A stretch of DNA of 64,000 nt from Acidimicrobiia bacterium (GCA_036555105.1 DATBMA010000114.1:869-64868); one strand, 5' to 3'; counted from the stretch's first letter, positions 29,556 through 39,310 are shown. Translations and numbers: made by a program. Notes: generated by a model from the letters alone, not told the origin.

Positions 29556-29658
29556 AGTCTCACGCCTCACGTCTCACGTCTCGACAAGCAACTGTGCGAC
29601 CGTAGGACCGTGCGACCGTAGGACCGTGCGACCGCGAGGCGGTGCGACCGTGGGACTG
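29556..29658. repeat. GTCTCAC-family compound intergenic element R6
   Basis: gagtctcacgcctcacgtctcacgtctcg, then about four tandem copies of a related 16 nt unit (ccgtgcgaccgtagga / ccgtgcgaccgcgagg / cggtgcgaccgtggga). It lies between the glnE stop and the M20 gene start. Confidence 0.8.
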
Positions 29659-32364
29659 TCAGACATCTTCGAAGAAGCGCTTTTCGAACACCTGGCGGGC
29701 TCGGCGGGTCAGGCGACGGTGTTCTTCCCGTAGATCTGCCCGGCTCTGGTAGCCGAGCGAGCGGGCGAGCCTGGCTCCCTCCTTCAGGTCGACCGGCAGG
29801 GAGTCCCCGGCCCTTCCCGACTGCAGGAAGAGCCGGTTGCGGACCCGGGAGCAGAATGTCCAGGCCTCCTCCAGTAGATCGCACTCACTCGCCGGGAGGA
29901 TCGCTGCCTGACGCAGGGCGTCGAGCGCCCCCAGCGTGGAAGGCGTCCTCAGGCTCTCGACCTCGTGGCCGTGTCGGAGCTGCATCAGCTGGACGAGGAA
30001 CTCCACGTCGTTGAGCCCGCCGCGTCCCAGCTTGAGGTGGAAGTCCGGGTCCTCTCCCGTCGGAATCCGCTCCTTCTCGATTCGGGCCTTGATCTGGCGG
30101 ATCTCCCGCGCGTCATCTGCCGGCAGCGGTCGATAGATGATCCCGGCGATCAGCTGCTCGAAGGCGGCGCACACGGCCGGATCACCCGTCGCCGGCCGCG
30201 CTCGCAGCAACGCGAGCCGCTCCCATCCTTCGCCCCATTTCTCGTGGTAGTTGGCAAAGGCATCCAGAGAGCGTGCGATCGGCCCCCGCCTGCCTTCCGG
30301 CATGAGCTCGGTGTCGATGCGGTAAGCGACGCCATCAGCGGTTGGCGCGCTGAGAGTGGAGATGGCCTCGGTCGCGAGCCGCAAGGCGTCGGCTTGCTGC
30401 TCGCCTTCGGCGAAGACGAACAGGAGGTCGAGGTCCGAGCCATAGCCGAGCTCGCCACCGCCCCAACGGCCCACGGCGATCACCGCCAGCGGCGTCGGCC
30501 CCGCCTGTTGGGCTGCCACCCAGAGCGCCGCCTCCACGGCCGCATCGGCGGTAGCAGTGAGAGAGGCCTGCACACCCAACAGGTCGACCTGATCGAGCAG
30601 GTCGGCGGCGGCGATGCGCAGACGCCGCCTGCGAACGAACCGCCGCAGGGAGCCGAGCCGCTCGTCGTTGGTCTGACGGACCTTGACCCGTTCGAGGGCG
30701 GTCGTGGCGAGCTCCGGGCCAGGGAGGTCGGCCAAAGTGGCCTCATCGGCCAGGCGCGGCATGAACTCCGGTATCCGGTCGAGGTACTCGCCCACCATTC
30801 GGCTCGAGCCGAGCAGCAGGCACAGCCGTTGGCCTGCGGCGGGCCGGTCGCGCAGATGGGAGACGAGTTGGGCGCTGTCGGCATTGGCCACCAACAGGCG
30901 CAGCTGCTCCAAGCCCAGGTCCGGGTTCGGGCTGGCGGCCATCCAGTCGAGCATCAACGGGAGGAGTTGGGTCATCAACCTCGACCGCCGCGACAGCCCG
31001 TGGGTGAGCTCGTCGAATGCTCGGGCCGCCCCGTCGACGTCGTCATATCCGAGGGCACGCAGCCGCCTGGCGGCCATTTCGGGAGTCATCGCTCCCGGTG
31101 ATGAGGCGAATGCCTCGAGCAACGGGCGAAAGAAGATCGCCTCGTGCAGGCCCCTCACCGAGGCCCGGTGGCGACCCAGGTCCTGATCCAGTCGATCTGT
31201 GGGTGAGATACCGCCGGCCGGCCGATATCCCAGCGCTCGGGCGAGGCGCTCCCTGGCAGGCCCGGTCCCGGGCAGCAGGTGGGTCTGGGTGAGGTTGGCG
31301 AGTTGGAGCCGGTGCTCGACGGTTCGCCAGAAGACATACGAGTCCCGCAGCGAGTCGGCGTCCTCATCGCGGATGTAGCCGCCTTCGGTCAGGGCAGCGA
31401 TGGCGGCTTCGGTTCCGCCACGTCGCAGGCCGGGGTCGTGACGCCCGTGAATCAGCTGCAAGAGCTGGACGGAGAACTCGATGTCTCGGATGCCGCCCGG
31501 GCTCCGCTTGATGTCGGCCGGATCGGCCTCCTGCTCGGCCCGGCTTTTCAACTCCCGCAACGTCCTGATCTCGTCGGCCCCGAGATTCTCACCCCACACG
31601 ATCGGGCCCACCATGTCCATGAACCCGGCCCCAACGGAAGGATCGCCGGCAGCCGGCCTGGCTTTGAGCAGCGCCTGGTACTCCCAGGTCGCCGCCCATC
31701 TGCGGTAGTACGACCCATAGGAGTCGAGTGATCTGGTGAGAGGTCCGGTCGACCCTTCCGGTCGGAGGTCGGCATCGACCCTGAAGGCAAAGCCATCCGG
31801 CCCAACCGCAGACACCGAGGTCATGAAGGCAGCCGCGAGACGTCCCGCCGCCTCGGCTCCTTCCTCCGAACCGTCCGAGCCGTGAACGAAGAGAAGGTCG
31901 ATGTCGGAGGCGTAGTTCAGCTCCGCGCCGCCCCACTTGCCGAGGGCGATGACCGCGAAAGGGAGGTCGGTTGCGGCTGGAAACCGCCCTGAGACCGAGG
32001 TGCGGGCCTGGCTGAGGGCGGCCTCGGCGACCTCGTCGGCGAGGTCGCTCAACCGCTTGGTTGTGATCGTCAGGGGATCGCGCCCTGCGACGTCGTCAAG
32101 GGCGATGCGAGCCATCCTGGCGCGGGTCGCCCCGGCCAGCCCGGCATGGAACTCGGGAGGGTTGGACCACCATTCGGGATGTCGAGCGAGGCCATCGAAG
32201 AGCGGAGGGCTTATCCCAGCCAGGAGGGCCAAGGCTTCAGGTTGGGCTCCGACCGTGGCGAGGGCGCCGCTGTCGGCCAGAGCCTGGAACCTGCCCAGAG
32301 TCTCGTCGGGTTCGGGCCCGGAGCGGATCAGGCTGCGAAGGTGGTCGGGAATCAACGGTCTCAC
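29659..32364 (-). CDS. glnE: Bifunctional glutamine synthetase adenylyltransferase/adenylyl-removing enzyme
   Basis: 901 aa with two nucleotidyltransferase/GlnE domains. The annotated GTG start is the first unit of repeat R7, so the true start may be slightly downstream. Confidence 0.85.
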   Translation of the reverse strand: MRPLIPDHLRSLIRSGPEPDETLGRFQALADSGALATVGAQPEALALLAGISPPLFDGLARHPEWWSNPPEFHAGLAGATRARMARIALDDVAGRDPLTITTKRLSDLADEVAEAALSQARTSVSGRFPAATDLPFAVIALGKWGGAELNYASDIDLLFVHGSDGSEEGAEAAGRLAAAFMTSVSAVGPDGFAFRVDADLRPEGSTGPLTRSLDSYGSYYRRWAATWEYQALLKARPAAGDPSVGAGFMDMVGPIVWGENLGADEIRTLRELKSRAEQEADPADIKRSPGGIRDIEFSVQLLQLIHGRHDPGLRRGGTEAAIAALTEGGYIRDEDADSLRDSYVFWRTVEHRLQLANLTQTHLLPGTGPARERLARALGYRPAGGISPTDRLDQDLGRHRASVRGLHEAIFFRPLLEAFASSPGAMTPEMAARRLRALGYDDVDGAARAFDELTHGLSRRSRLMTQLLPLMLDWMAASPNPDLGLEQLRLLVANADSAQLVSHLRDRPAAGQRLCLLLGSSRMVGEYLDRIPEFMPRLADEATLADLPGPELATTALERVKVRQTNDERLGSLRRFVRRRRLRIAAADLLDQVDLLGVQASLTATADAAVEAALWVAAQQAGPTPLAVIAVGRWGGGELGYGSDLDLLFVFAEGEQQADALRLATEAISTLSAPTADGVAYRIDTELMPEGRRGPIARSLDAFANYHEKWGEGWERLALLRARPATGDPAVCAAFEQLIAGIIYRPLPADDAREIRQIKARIEKERIPTGEDPDFHLKLGRGGLNDVEFLVQLMQLRHGHEVESLRTPSTLGALDALRQAAILPASECDLLEEAWTFCSRVRNRLFLQSGRAGDSLPVDLKEGARLARSLGYQSRADLREEHRRLTRRARQVFEKRFFEDV

Positions 32365-32407
32365 CGTCTCACAGTCTCACGGTCGCACCTTGCACGTTGC
32401 ACGGTCG
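32357..32407. repeat. GTCTCAC-family intergenic element R7
   Basis: ggtctcac-cgtctcac-agtctcac-ggtcgcac-cttgcacg-ttgcacgg-tcgg, lying over the glnE start region. Confidence 0.75.
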
Positions 32408-32415
32408 GCCGAGGA

Positions 32416-32700
32416 CTAGTTGTGTGGTGTCGGATCGGTGTCCGGGGTGTCGTCTTCGGCCGGCTCCACCGGTTGATCCGTGGTCTGAGACGGCAGACCG
32501 ATCTCTTTCTGGAACTCGATGACATGCTCGGCCGGCGGGTTGTAGATGGACTCGAACTCGAGCATGGCGCCGGCGGCGGCGCCCATCGGGGGCCGGTGCG
32601 TTCGGTAATAGATCCACCCGCGGCCCTCCAACCATGTCAGCAACAGGTGGATGAGGAAGATGGCCACGGCCAGGATGACGATGATCCGAATCCAACCCAT
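32416..32700 (-). CDS. Small membrane protein, function unknown
   Basis: 94 aa with one N-terminal TM helix (WIRIIVILAVAIFLIHLLLTWL) and an acidic Pro/Thr-rich tail. It is divergent from nadE. Confidence 0.4.
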   Translation of the reverse strand: MGWIRIIVILAVAIFLIHLLLTWLEGRGWIYYRTHRPPMGAAAGAMLEFESIYNPPAEHVIEFQKEIGLPSQTTDQPVEPAEDDTPDTDPTPHN

Positions 32701-32778
32701 TCGTTCAGCCTAGGACCAGGGCTTCCAGTTCTTCATCAGGCTCCCGAGGTGGATTGGCCGTCTGACTACCTTGATGGT

Positions 32779-34416
32779 GTGCGCGTCGCAGGGGCCCAAC
32801 TCAACCTGACGGTGGGCGATCTCGAAGGCAACGAGAGCCGGATCGCCGAGGCGATGGCCTGGGCCGAGGCCGAGCAGGCGGATGTACTGCTACTCCCGGA
32901 GCTGGCCGTGACCGGATATCCGCCCGAGGACCTGCTTCTGCGCGATGACTTCGTCGATGCCAACGTCGAGGTGGTAAGGCGCCTAGCGGCAGGGTCGGGC
33001 CATACCACGGTGGTGGTGGGGTTCGCGGCGCCGGCGCTAGGCCCCCCCCGTGGTGCGCCCGACGCCATGAGTCGCAACGTCGCCAATGCCGCCGCCATCA
33101 TCGGCAACGGCCAGTGGCTGGGGACCTACAACAAGGTGCTCCTGCCCAACTATGGAGTCTTCGACGAGGACCGCTACTTCGTGGCCGGTGACCGGCCCGA
33201 TGCGCTTTGGGACATGGCGGATTCGAAGGTCGGTGTCTCGATATGTGAGGACATCTGGCTCCCGGACGGCCCCCCTGCCAAGCAGGCGGCGGCTGGAGCG
33301 CAGTTACTGCTCAACATCAACGCCTCGCCGTTTCATCGGGGCAAGGCCGTCGAGCGGGAGGCGATGCTGACCGAGCGAGCCAAGTCGGCAGATAGCCCGC
33401 TGGTCTACCTGAACACGGTGGGAGGGCAGGACGAGCTGGTCTTCGACGGCGCCTCGGTGACCATCGATCGCGACGGCACGCTGCTGCACCGCTCCCCCCA
33501 GTTTGCCGAGGACCTCTTCGTGGTCGACGTAGGTGAAGGATCGGGCAGGGCGAGGGGCACGGCCGAGCTGCTGGCAGGTGAGGCCGAGATCTACCCGGCG
33601 CTGGTCACGGGTCTGCGCGACTACGTCCGCAAGAACGGGTTCAACGGGGTGGTGATCGGGCTATCGGGAGGCATCGACTCTGCCCTGACCGCCGTCATCG
33701 CGGTTGATGCCCTCGGGGCCGATGCGGTGTGGGGGGTGGGCATGCCGACCCGTTACAGCTCCGAGCACTCCGTGACCGATGCCCGTGACCTGGCTGCCCG
33801 GCTTGGGATCCGCTTCGACCTTGTGCCGATCGACCCGGTCTTCGCCTCTCATCTGGAAAGCCTCGACCCGCTGTTTGCCGGTACCGAGTTCGGGGTGGCC
33901 GAGGAGAACTTGCAGGCCCGGATCCGGGGGGCACTTCTGATGGCGGTATCGAACAAGTTCGGTCCGATGGTCGTCGCCACCGGCAACAAGTCGGAGATGG
34001 CGGTCGGCTACTCCACCATCTATGGCGACATGGTCGGCGGCTTCGCGGTCCTCAAGGACGTCTTCAAGACAGAGGTGTATCGGCTGGCCGAGTGGCGGAA
34101 CCGCGAGACGGAGATGATCCCCCGGTCGACGATCGCCAAGCCGCCCTCTGCCGAGCTACGGCCGGACCAGAAAGACTCCGACTCTCTGCCTCCATACCCA
34201 GAGCTCGATGCGATCCTGGAGCGATACGTCGAGGACGACCTGTCTCCACTCGCCATCATCGAGGCCGGCTTCGACGAAGCCACCGTCAGGAGGGTCGTTC
34301 GGATGGTCGATCGCAACGAGTACAAGCGCAGGCAGGCTGCCCCGGGTGTGAAGATCACCACCAAGGCGTTCGGGCGTGATCGCCGACTCCCCATCACCAA
34401 CGGGTACGGACGATGA
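32779..34416 (+). CDS. nadE: Glutamine-dependent NAD+ synthetase
   Basis: N-terminal CN-hydrolase domain (...LLLPELAVTGYPPEDLL...) and a C-terminal NAD synthetase with PP-loop GLSGGIDSAL. Start taken at a GTG 211 codons into the track ORF. Confidence 0.85.
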   Translation: MRVAGAQLNLTVGDLEGNESRIAEAMAWAEAEQADVLLLPELAVTGYPPEDLLLRDDFVDANVEVVRRLAAGSGHTTVVVGFAAPALGPPRGAPDAMSRNVANAAAIIGNGQWLGTYNKVLLPNYGVFDEDRYFVAGDRPDALWDMADSKVGVSICEDIWLPDGPPAKQAAAGAQLLLNINASPFHRGKAVEREAMLTERAKSADSPLVYLNTVGGQDELVFDGASVTIDRDGTLLHRSPQFAEDLFVVDVGEGSGRARGTAELLAGEAEIYPALVTGLRDYVRKNGFNGVVIGLSGGIDSALTAVIAVDALGADAVWGVGMPTRYSSEHSVTDARDLAARLGIRFDLVPIDPVFASHLESLDPLFAGTEFGVAEENLQARIRGALLMAVSNKFGPMVVATGNKSEMAVGYSTIYGDMVGGFAVLKDVFKTEVYRLAEWRNRETEMIPRSTIAKPPSAELRPDQKDSDSLPPYPELDAILERYVEDDLSPLAIIEAGFDEATVRRVVRMVDRNEYKRRQAAPGVKITTKAFGRDRRLPITNGYGR

Positions 34417-35246
34417 CGGTGCTGGTCGACGGCATTCCCGGCGAGGGGAGCATCCCCGCCGGTGACGGGGCGGTCCTGCGGGGAGACGGCTGCTTCGAGG
34501 TGCTTCACGCCTACGGAGGGCGAGCCTTCGAGCTGGACGCCCATCTGCAACGGCTGGAGTCCAGTGCCGAGATGCTCCGGATCGAACTGCCCCCGCGGGC
34601 CACAATCGGGCAGTGGGTTGAGAGAGCGGCGAGGGAAGCCGGTGACGGAGCGGTGCGGATCGTGGTGACTCGGGGAGGGTCAATCCCGGGATGGGACGTT
34701 CCGTCGCAAGTCCTGGTGTTCCCGCATGAGCTGCCACCGGCGCCGGACAGGCTGAAGCTGCGCCCGGTGCGGGCTCCTTGGCACGCGGCTGGTGAGGCCT
34801 GGGAGCTGGCGGGCGCCAAGACCCTGTCGTACGCGCCGAACCAGGCGGCCACTCGATTGGCGGTGTCGGAAGGGTTCGACGATGCCTTGTTGATCTCTCG
34901 TCGGGGGGAGTTGCTGGAAGGGCCGACGTTCTCGGTGGCCTGGGTTGTGGATGGGCGGCTCGAGACGCCGGCGCTGGATCTCGGCATCCTCGACTCCATC
35001 ACCCGCCGGCTGGTCCTCTCCGATGCCAGGTCCGAGGGCATAGAAGTGGTCGAAGACTCCTTCGAAGAAGCGCGCCTGTCCCAGGCCGCTGAAGTCATCG
35101 CCATGTCGACGGTCAAGGAGGTGAGCCCGGTAAGGGCAGTCGGCGAGATCTCGTTTGACGTCGGTCCGGTGACGAAGACTTTGGCGGAGGCCTTCGGCCG
35201 CCGAACTCAGCTGACGGCGTCGCAGGCGGCGGCTGGAGACGGGTAA
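34413..35246 (+). CDS. Class IV aminotransferase family protein (aminodeoxychorismate lyase/BCAT-like)
   Basis: 277 aa with fold-type IV PLP enzyme features. Its ATG overlaps the nadE stop. Confidence 0.7.
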   Translation: MTVLVDGIPGEGSIPAGDGAVLRGDGCFEVLHAYGGRAFELDAHLQRLESSAEMLRIELPPRATIGQWVERAAREAGDGAVRIVVTRGGSIPGWDVPSQVLVFPHELPPAPDRLKLRPVRAPWHAAGEAWELAGAKTLSYAPNQAATRLAVSEGFDDALLISRRGELLEGPTFSVAWVVDGRLETPALDLGILDSITRRLVLSDARSEGIEVVEDSFEEARLSQAAEVIAMSTVKEVSPVRAVGEISFDVGPVTKTLAEAFGRRTQLTASQAAAGDG

Positions 35247-36529
35247 CCGACCATCCGAGCCAGGATCGTCAGAACGCTCGCCCTGGTGACCTCCGGATCG
35301 CCTGCCGGAACCGGGCAGTTCTCCAAGATGCCGGCTTCGATCAGGTGCTTGCGCGCCTCGTCGCCTGGAATGCTCCAAGGCTCCAAGGCCAGCTCGGTAG
35401 GGAGTGCCGCATCGTCTTCCTCGACCTCTGTTTGGTGGGTCATGGCCCAGTCGATGATCTGCCAAACCTTCGACTCGGTGAGGGCCTCTGAAGGACACCC
35501 TCCCTCCAGGCACTTCAAGGCGGAGGCGAGGGAAACGTCTTCAGGCGGAACCGTGACCTTGGGCTCGCGGCGCGGCAGCGGGGTCTCCAGGGGCTCGGCT
35601 TCCTCCGGCTCGAATGAGGGGACCTCGACGCCGATCGAGAGCTCGAGCCAAAGCGCCAGATCGGCCTGGGTGATCGGCTGGTCCGGGCAGATACCAGCTC
35701 CCAGCTCGCAGGGCACGATATAGCCCTTGGTCAGGAGCCATCCATACATCTTCTCGTCTGCCAGGCCATCGTCGTCGAAGAAAGGCCCTTGGAAGTCCCC
35801 CTCCCAATCGGCAGGGAGGGCCAGAGGGGCTTCTTTGGCTGCAGCCTTCAATGAAGGCTGAGGGTCCACTGGTCGATCTGAGCGGTTGCGCAACTCGAAG
35901 TGGAGATGGTCGACGGTGTCCTCGGCGTTGCTGCTGTCCCCGACCCAGCCGATGACCTCGCCGGCTCGCACCCTGTCACCCAGTTCGAGGTCGGCCCGGA
36001 CTCCTTTGGAGCGGCCGTCATCTGTGCCGTAGGTGTCGTTGTTGAGGTGGATGTAGACCGAATACCAGCCGTCGTCGTGGCGGATCTTGACGAAACAGCA
36101 GCGATCGTTCTTGGGGTTGTTCTCCATCTTGACGACTTCGCCGGCTGCCACTGCCACCACCGGGGTGAGACGAGGCATGGGGATGTCGTTGCCGGCATGC
36201 AGCCTCCGTCCCCCATCCCGGAACTCGCCGAACAGCGAAGTCACTCTCCCTACCTCCAGCAGCGGGTACTCCATGGGGTACACGAAGCAGGTGGCGACGT
36301 GCCGATAGATGCGCGACCGGTCGACCGTGGGGGGCGGAGGGGGAGCGAGGTCCTCTCCTGCCACGGGAGCGGCCGTGGTCGTGGTGGTCACCGGTTTGGG
36401 AGGGCCGGGAGGCGGTGGATAGGAGGAGAGGGTCACCGGACGGCAGCGGGCGGCGTCGGCTGGGGCCACCACGAATACGGAGGCCAGGACGAAGGCCAGC
36501 GCCAGGCCGGCGAATAGCTTTCCCCGCAT
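35207..36529 (-). CDS. M23-family metallopeptidase with a Pro-rich linker and C-terminal SLH-like repeats
   Basis: Signal peptide, a PPPPGPPKPVTTTTT linker, M23 catalytic motifs (HAGNDI...DHLHFE), and two C-terminal segments resembling SLH motifs (ITQADLALWLELSIG and VTRASVLTILARMVG). Confidence 0.75.
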   Translation of the reverse strand: MRGKLFAGLALAFVLASVFVVAPADAARCRPVTLSSYPPPPGPPKPVTTTTTAAPVAGEDLAPPPPPTVDRSRIYRHVATCFVYPMEYPLLEVGRVTSLFGEFRDGGRRLHAGNDIPMPRLTPVVAVAAGEVVKMENNPKNDRCCFVKIRHDDGWYSVYIHLNNDTYGTDDGRSKGVRADLELGDRVRAGEVIGWVGDSSNAEDTVDHLHFELRNRSDRPVDPQPSLKAAAKEAPLALPADWEGDFQGPFFDDDGLADEKMYGWLLTKGYIVPCELGAGICPDQPITQADLALWLELSIGVEVPSFEPEEAEPLETPLPRREPKVTVPPEDVSLASALKCLEGGCPSEALTESKVWQIIDWAMTHQTEVEEDDAALPTELALEPWSIPGDEARKHLIEAGILENCPVPAGDPEVTRASVLTILARMVGYPSPAAACDAVS

Positions 36530-36577
36530 CGTGGTTTGATCGGCCGGCCAGGCCCCGCCCTAGAGCGCGAAAAGCAG

Positions 36578-36666
36578 GAAGTCTCACGGTCTCAGGGTCT
36601 CGAGGTCTCACGTTGGGCCGTAAAACCGCGCGACCGTGAGACGTGAGACGTGAGACGTGAGACTTC
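36578..36666. repeat. GTCTCAC-family intergenic element R8 (largest; palindromic array)
   Basis: gaa-(gtctcacg gtctcagg gtctcgag gtctcacg)-ttgggccgtaaaaccgcgcgac-c(gtgagac)x4-ttc. It lies between the mgtE stop and the M23-peptidase start. Confidence 0.85.
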
Positions 36667-38067
36667 CTATGTCAGCAGTGCCGTGGCGACCGCCAGGAAG
36701 CCGGCGAAGCCGAGCAAATCGGTGATCGTGGTTAGGAAGAGGTTGGAGCCGAGGGCGGGGTCGACCCCCATTCGGCGCAGCAGGAGGGGGATGCCGGAGC
36801 CCGCCAGTCCAGCGATCACCAGGTTGGCCCAGGCGGCCAGCGCCATGGCGAGCCCGACCCGGGCGGGATCCGGGCCACCGTTGACCGATTGCATGACGAA
36901 TCCCAGGGCTCCCGAGAGGAAGCCGATGAACAACCCGTTGATGGCGCCGATGGCGGTCTCCCTGACCAGGATCCGGCCGGTGCTGCCCTGGATGGGGATG
37001 TCGTCGAGGGCGAGGCCCCTGATCACCACGGCCAGGCTCTGTGCTCCCGAGTCTCCTCCGATCCTCGCCACCAGTGGCATGAGCGCGGCCAGCACCACAA
37101 ACGCATCGAGGATCGGCGAGAACTGACTGACCGCGATCACGACCGCGGACGAGATGACCACGTCGAATGCGATCCAGGGCAGGCGGCTTCGGATCGAGCG
37201 CCGGATGGGGCTGCGCACGCTCTCTCCGGTCCCGGCCCCCACTGCGACCGCGAAGTCCTCGCTGGCTTCCTCCTGCACCGCCTCGATGACGGCATCGGTC
37301 GTGACCATTCCCAGCAAGCGGCCATGGTCATCGACCACCGGCAGCCCGAACAGGTGATAGCGCTGGATCAGCTCTGCCACCTCTTCACGGTCGGTGTTGG
37401 CTTCGACCGTCAGCACATCCGGCACCATGACCTCGTCGAGCCCGACTCCGGGCCGGTTGAAGACCAGATCCCGGAAGGAGACCACTCCTTTGAGCGCCCG
37501 GTTGTCATCGACGACGTAGACGTATGAGAGGTCCTCGAGCTCCTCATGCAGTGAGCGAATGCGCTCGATCGCCTCGCCTGCGCTGAGTCCCAAGGGCAGG
37601 GCGGCGATGTCGGTCGTCATCAGGCCCCCGGCCGAGTCGGGTGGATAGAGGAGGAGCCGGCGGACTTCGTCGGCAGCCTCTTGATCCATGAGGTCGAGGA
37701 GGGACACAGCGGTGTCGTCCTCGAACTCGCCGAGGAGGTCGGCGGCATCCTCCGGGTCCATCTCGGCCAGGAGGCCGGCTGCAGCCTCCACCGTGTAGTC
37801 CTCGAGCATCCCGACCGCCAGCTCGGGCTGCATCTCAACCAGCACGTCGGCCGCCTCCGCCGGTTCCAGGTCCGAGAGCAACTCGGTCATCGCCTCGTCG
37901 GACAGCTCCTCGAGGATGTCGGCGGCTGCCCCGGGGGCGGCTTCGGCCAGCGCCTCCCATGCCTCGCCATGGGTGTCCAGGAACTCCTCGACCTCCTCTG
38001 GGCGACGGCGCGCTTGAGCAAGCAGGAGACGCGCCAGATGGCGCGGGCTACGAAGTCGGAGTTTCAC
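36667..38067 (-). CDS. mgtE: Magnesium transporter MgtE
   Basis: N-terminal MgtE_N domain, tandem CBS domains, and a C-terminal TM domain. Confidence 0.9.
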   Translation of the reverse strand: MKLRLRSPRHLARLLLAQARRRPEEVEEFLDTHGEAWEALAEAAPGAAADILEELSDEAMTELLSDLEPAEAADVLVEMQPELAVGMLEDYTVEAAAGLLAEMDPEDAADLLGEFEDDTAVSLLDLMDQEAADEVRRLLLYPPDSAGGLMTTDIAALPLGLSAGEAIERIRSLHEELEDLSYVYVVDDNRALKGVVSFRDLVFNRPGVGLDEVMVPDVLTVEANTDREEVAELIQRYHLFGLPVVDDHGRLLGMVTTDAVIEAVQEEASEDFAVAVGAGTGESVRSPIRRSIRSRLPWIAFDVVISSAVVIAVSQFSPILDAFVVLAALMPLVARIGGDSGAQSLAVVIRGLALDDIPIQGSTGRILVRETAIGAINGLFIGFLSGALGFVMQSVNGGPDPARVGLAMALAAWANLVIAGLAGSGIPLLLRRMGVDPALGSNLFLTTITDLLGFAGFLAVATALLT

Positions 38068-38154
38068 CGGGGCACCTCCCGACCGGGCAGGCCGGGCACA
38101 GGGTACCGCGCCCGTTACCTGGGCTCGACCATCGATTCAGTCGGGGGAGCCAGA

Positions 38155-38631
38155 TCAGCCCCGGTACGGGCGGACCGACACCACCTTCACGCCAAAGTTG
38201 CCGCCGGGCGCCCGATAGGTCACCTCGTCGCCAACTCGAGCACCGAGCAGCGCCTTGCCGAGGGGACCGGAGGGTGAGGCCAGCAGATGCCCCGGCACTT
38301 TGTTCTCGGGCGTCGCCACGAGGTACTCGGCCTCCTCGCCCTCGCCATCGATCAAGGTGACGATGGAGCCGATCTCCACCCGACCAGTGTCCTTGGCCTC
38401 CCGCACCTGTGCCCCAGCCAGGATGTGCTCGATCTGGCGGATGCGAGCTTCCATGAGCCCCTGGTCGTTCTTGGCGGCGTCGTAGTCGGCGTTCTCCCTG
38501 ATGTCGCCATGGGAGCGGGCTTCGGCCAGACGTGCTTCGAGCTCCTGCCTCCCCGCGGTCTGCAGGTTGTCGAGCTCGTCCTTCAACTTGGCGTAGGCCT
38601 CGGCAGTGAGCCAGGTCGGCTGATCGGTCAT
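38155..38631 (-). CDS. greA: Transcription elongation factor GreA
   Basis: N-terminal coiled coil carrying the acidic tip (…DIRENADYDAAKN…), plus the C-terminal FKBP-like domain. Confidence 0.9.
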   Translation of the reverse strand: MTDQPTWLTAEAYAKLKDELDNLQTAGRQELEARLAEARSHGDIRENADYDAAKNDQGLMEARIRQIEHILAGAQVREAKDTGRVEIGSIVTLIDGEGEEAEYLVATPENKVPGHLLASPSGPLGKALLGARVGDEVTYRAPGGNFGVKVVSVRPYRG

Positions 38632-38686
38632 GGCGCCGGAGCTTAGGTAGGGGTGAGAGCCTTTCCGGAAAGCTGGCTGAGGGCCC

Positions 38687-39259
38687 TCAGAGTTGCAGGC
38701 GCATCAGCCAGCGCCGCCGGCCGGCGCTTCTGGCCGGAGTCTCCAGCACCCGTGCGAAGCCGGCCCGCTCGAACATCGAAGTGAAGCCGACGTACCCGAA
38801 CGCAACATCGACCCGCTGTCCCTCCGGGTCGATGGGGTACGCCTCCAAAGCGGGAACCCCGACCGATCTTGCGTGCTCAACAGCCCCATGCAGCAGTCCT
38901 TCGGCCACACCCTTACGACGGAACCCAACCCGGATCTGGAAACACACGATCGACCACACCGGGACCTCGTCGACCTTCGGGATCGTGCGCGAGCGGACCA
39001 GACGCTCCAACCTCTCACGTGGCCAGAAGCCCAGCCAGCCGGCCGGCTCCCCGTCCAGGTATCCGATCAGGCCAGGAGGGGGGCCCTTCTCCACCTCCGA
39101 CTCGAGGCTGGCTTCGCCAGAGCCGGGGCCACCCTTCCGATAGTCGGATGAGGATCGCCGCCAGTACTGACACCAGCATCCGAGCGGTCCGTGGCCTTCG
39201 AACAACTGAATGATGTCGGGCCAGCGATCGCTGGTGGCGGGGACCACCTCGAGGGCCAT
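38687..39259 (-). CDS. GNAT-family N-acetyltransferase
   Basis: About 190 aa from MALEVVP, with the acetyl-CoA binding segment (...IRVGFRRKGVAEGLL...). It is divergent from selD. Confidence 0.65.
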   Translation of the reverse strand: MALEVVPATSDRWPDIIQLFEGHGPLGCWCQYWRRSSSDYRKGGPGSGEASLESEVEKGPPPGLIGYLDGEPAGWLGFWPRERLERLVRSRTIPKVDEVPVWSIVCFQIRVGFRRKGVAEGLLHGAVEHARSVGVPALEAYPIDPEGQRVDVAFGYVGFTSMFERAGFARVLETPARSAGRRRWLMRLQL

Positions 39260-39310
39260 CCGATGGTTGTACCAGGATTGGCTCGATCCCCGACTCGTAA
39301 CATCGCCGCC

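Noticed and set aside
36578-36666. The repeat units contain GGTCTC and CGTCTC, which are Type IIS BsaI/BsmBI recognition sites. Could this relate to a restriction-modification system?
   Set aside because: No R-M genes are in the window. The match is most likely coincidental to the heptamer composition.
38068-38154. M-box (Mg2+) riboswitch upstream of mgtE.
   Set aside because: Only about 87 nt separate mgtE from greA, which is too short for an M-box of about 160 nt. The region is instead occupied downstream by repeat R8.
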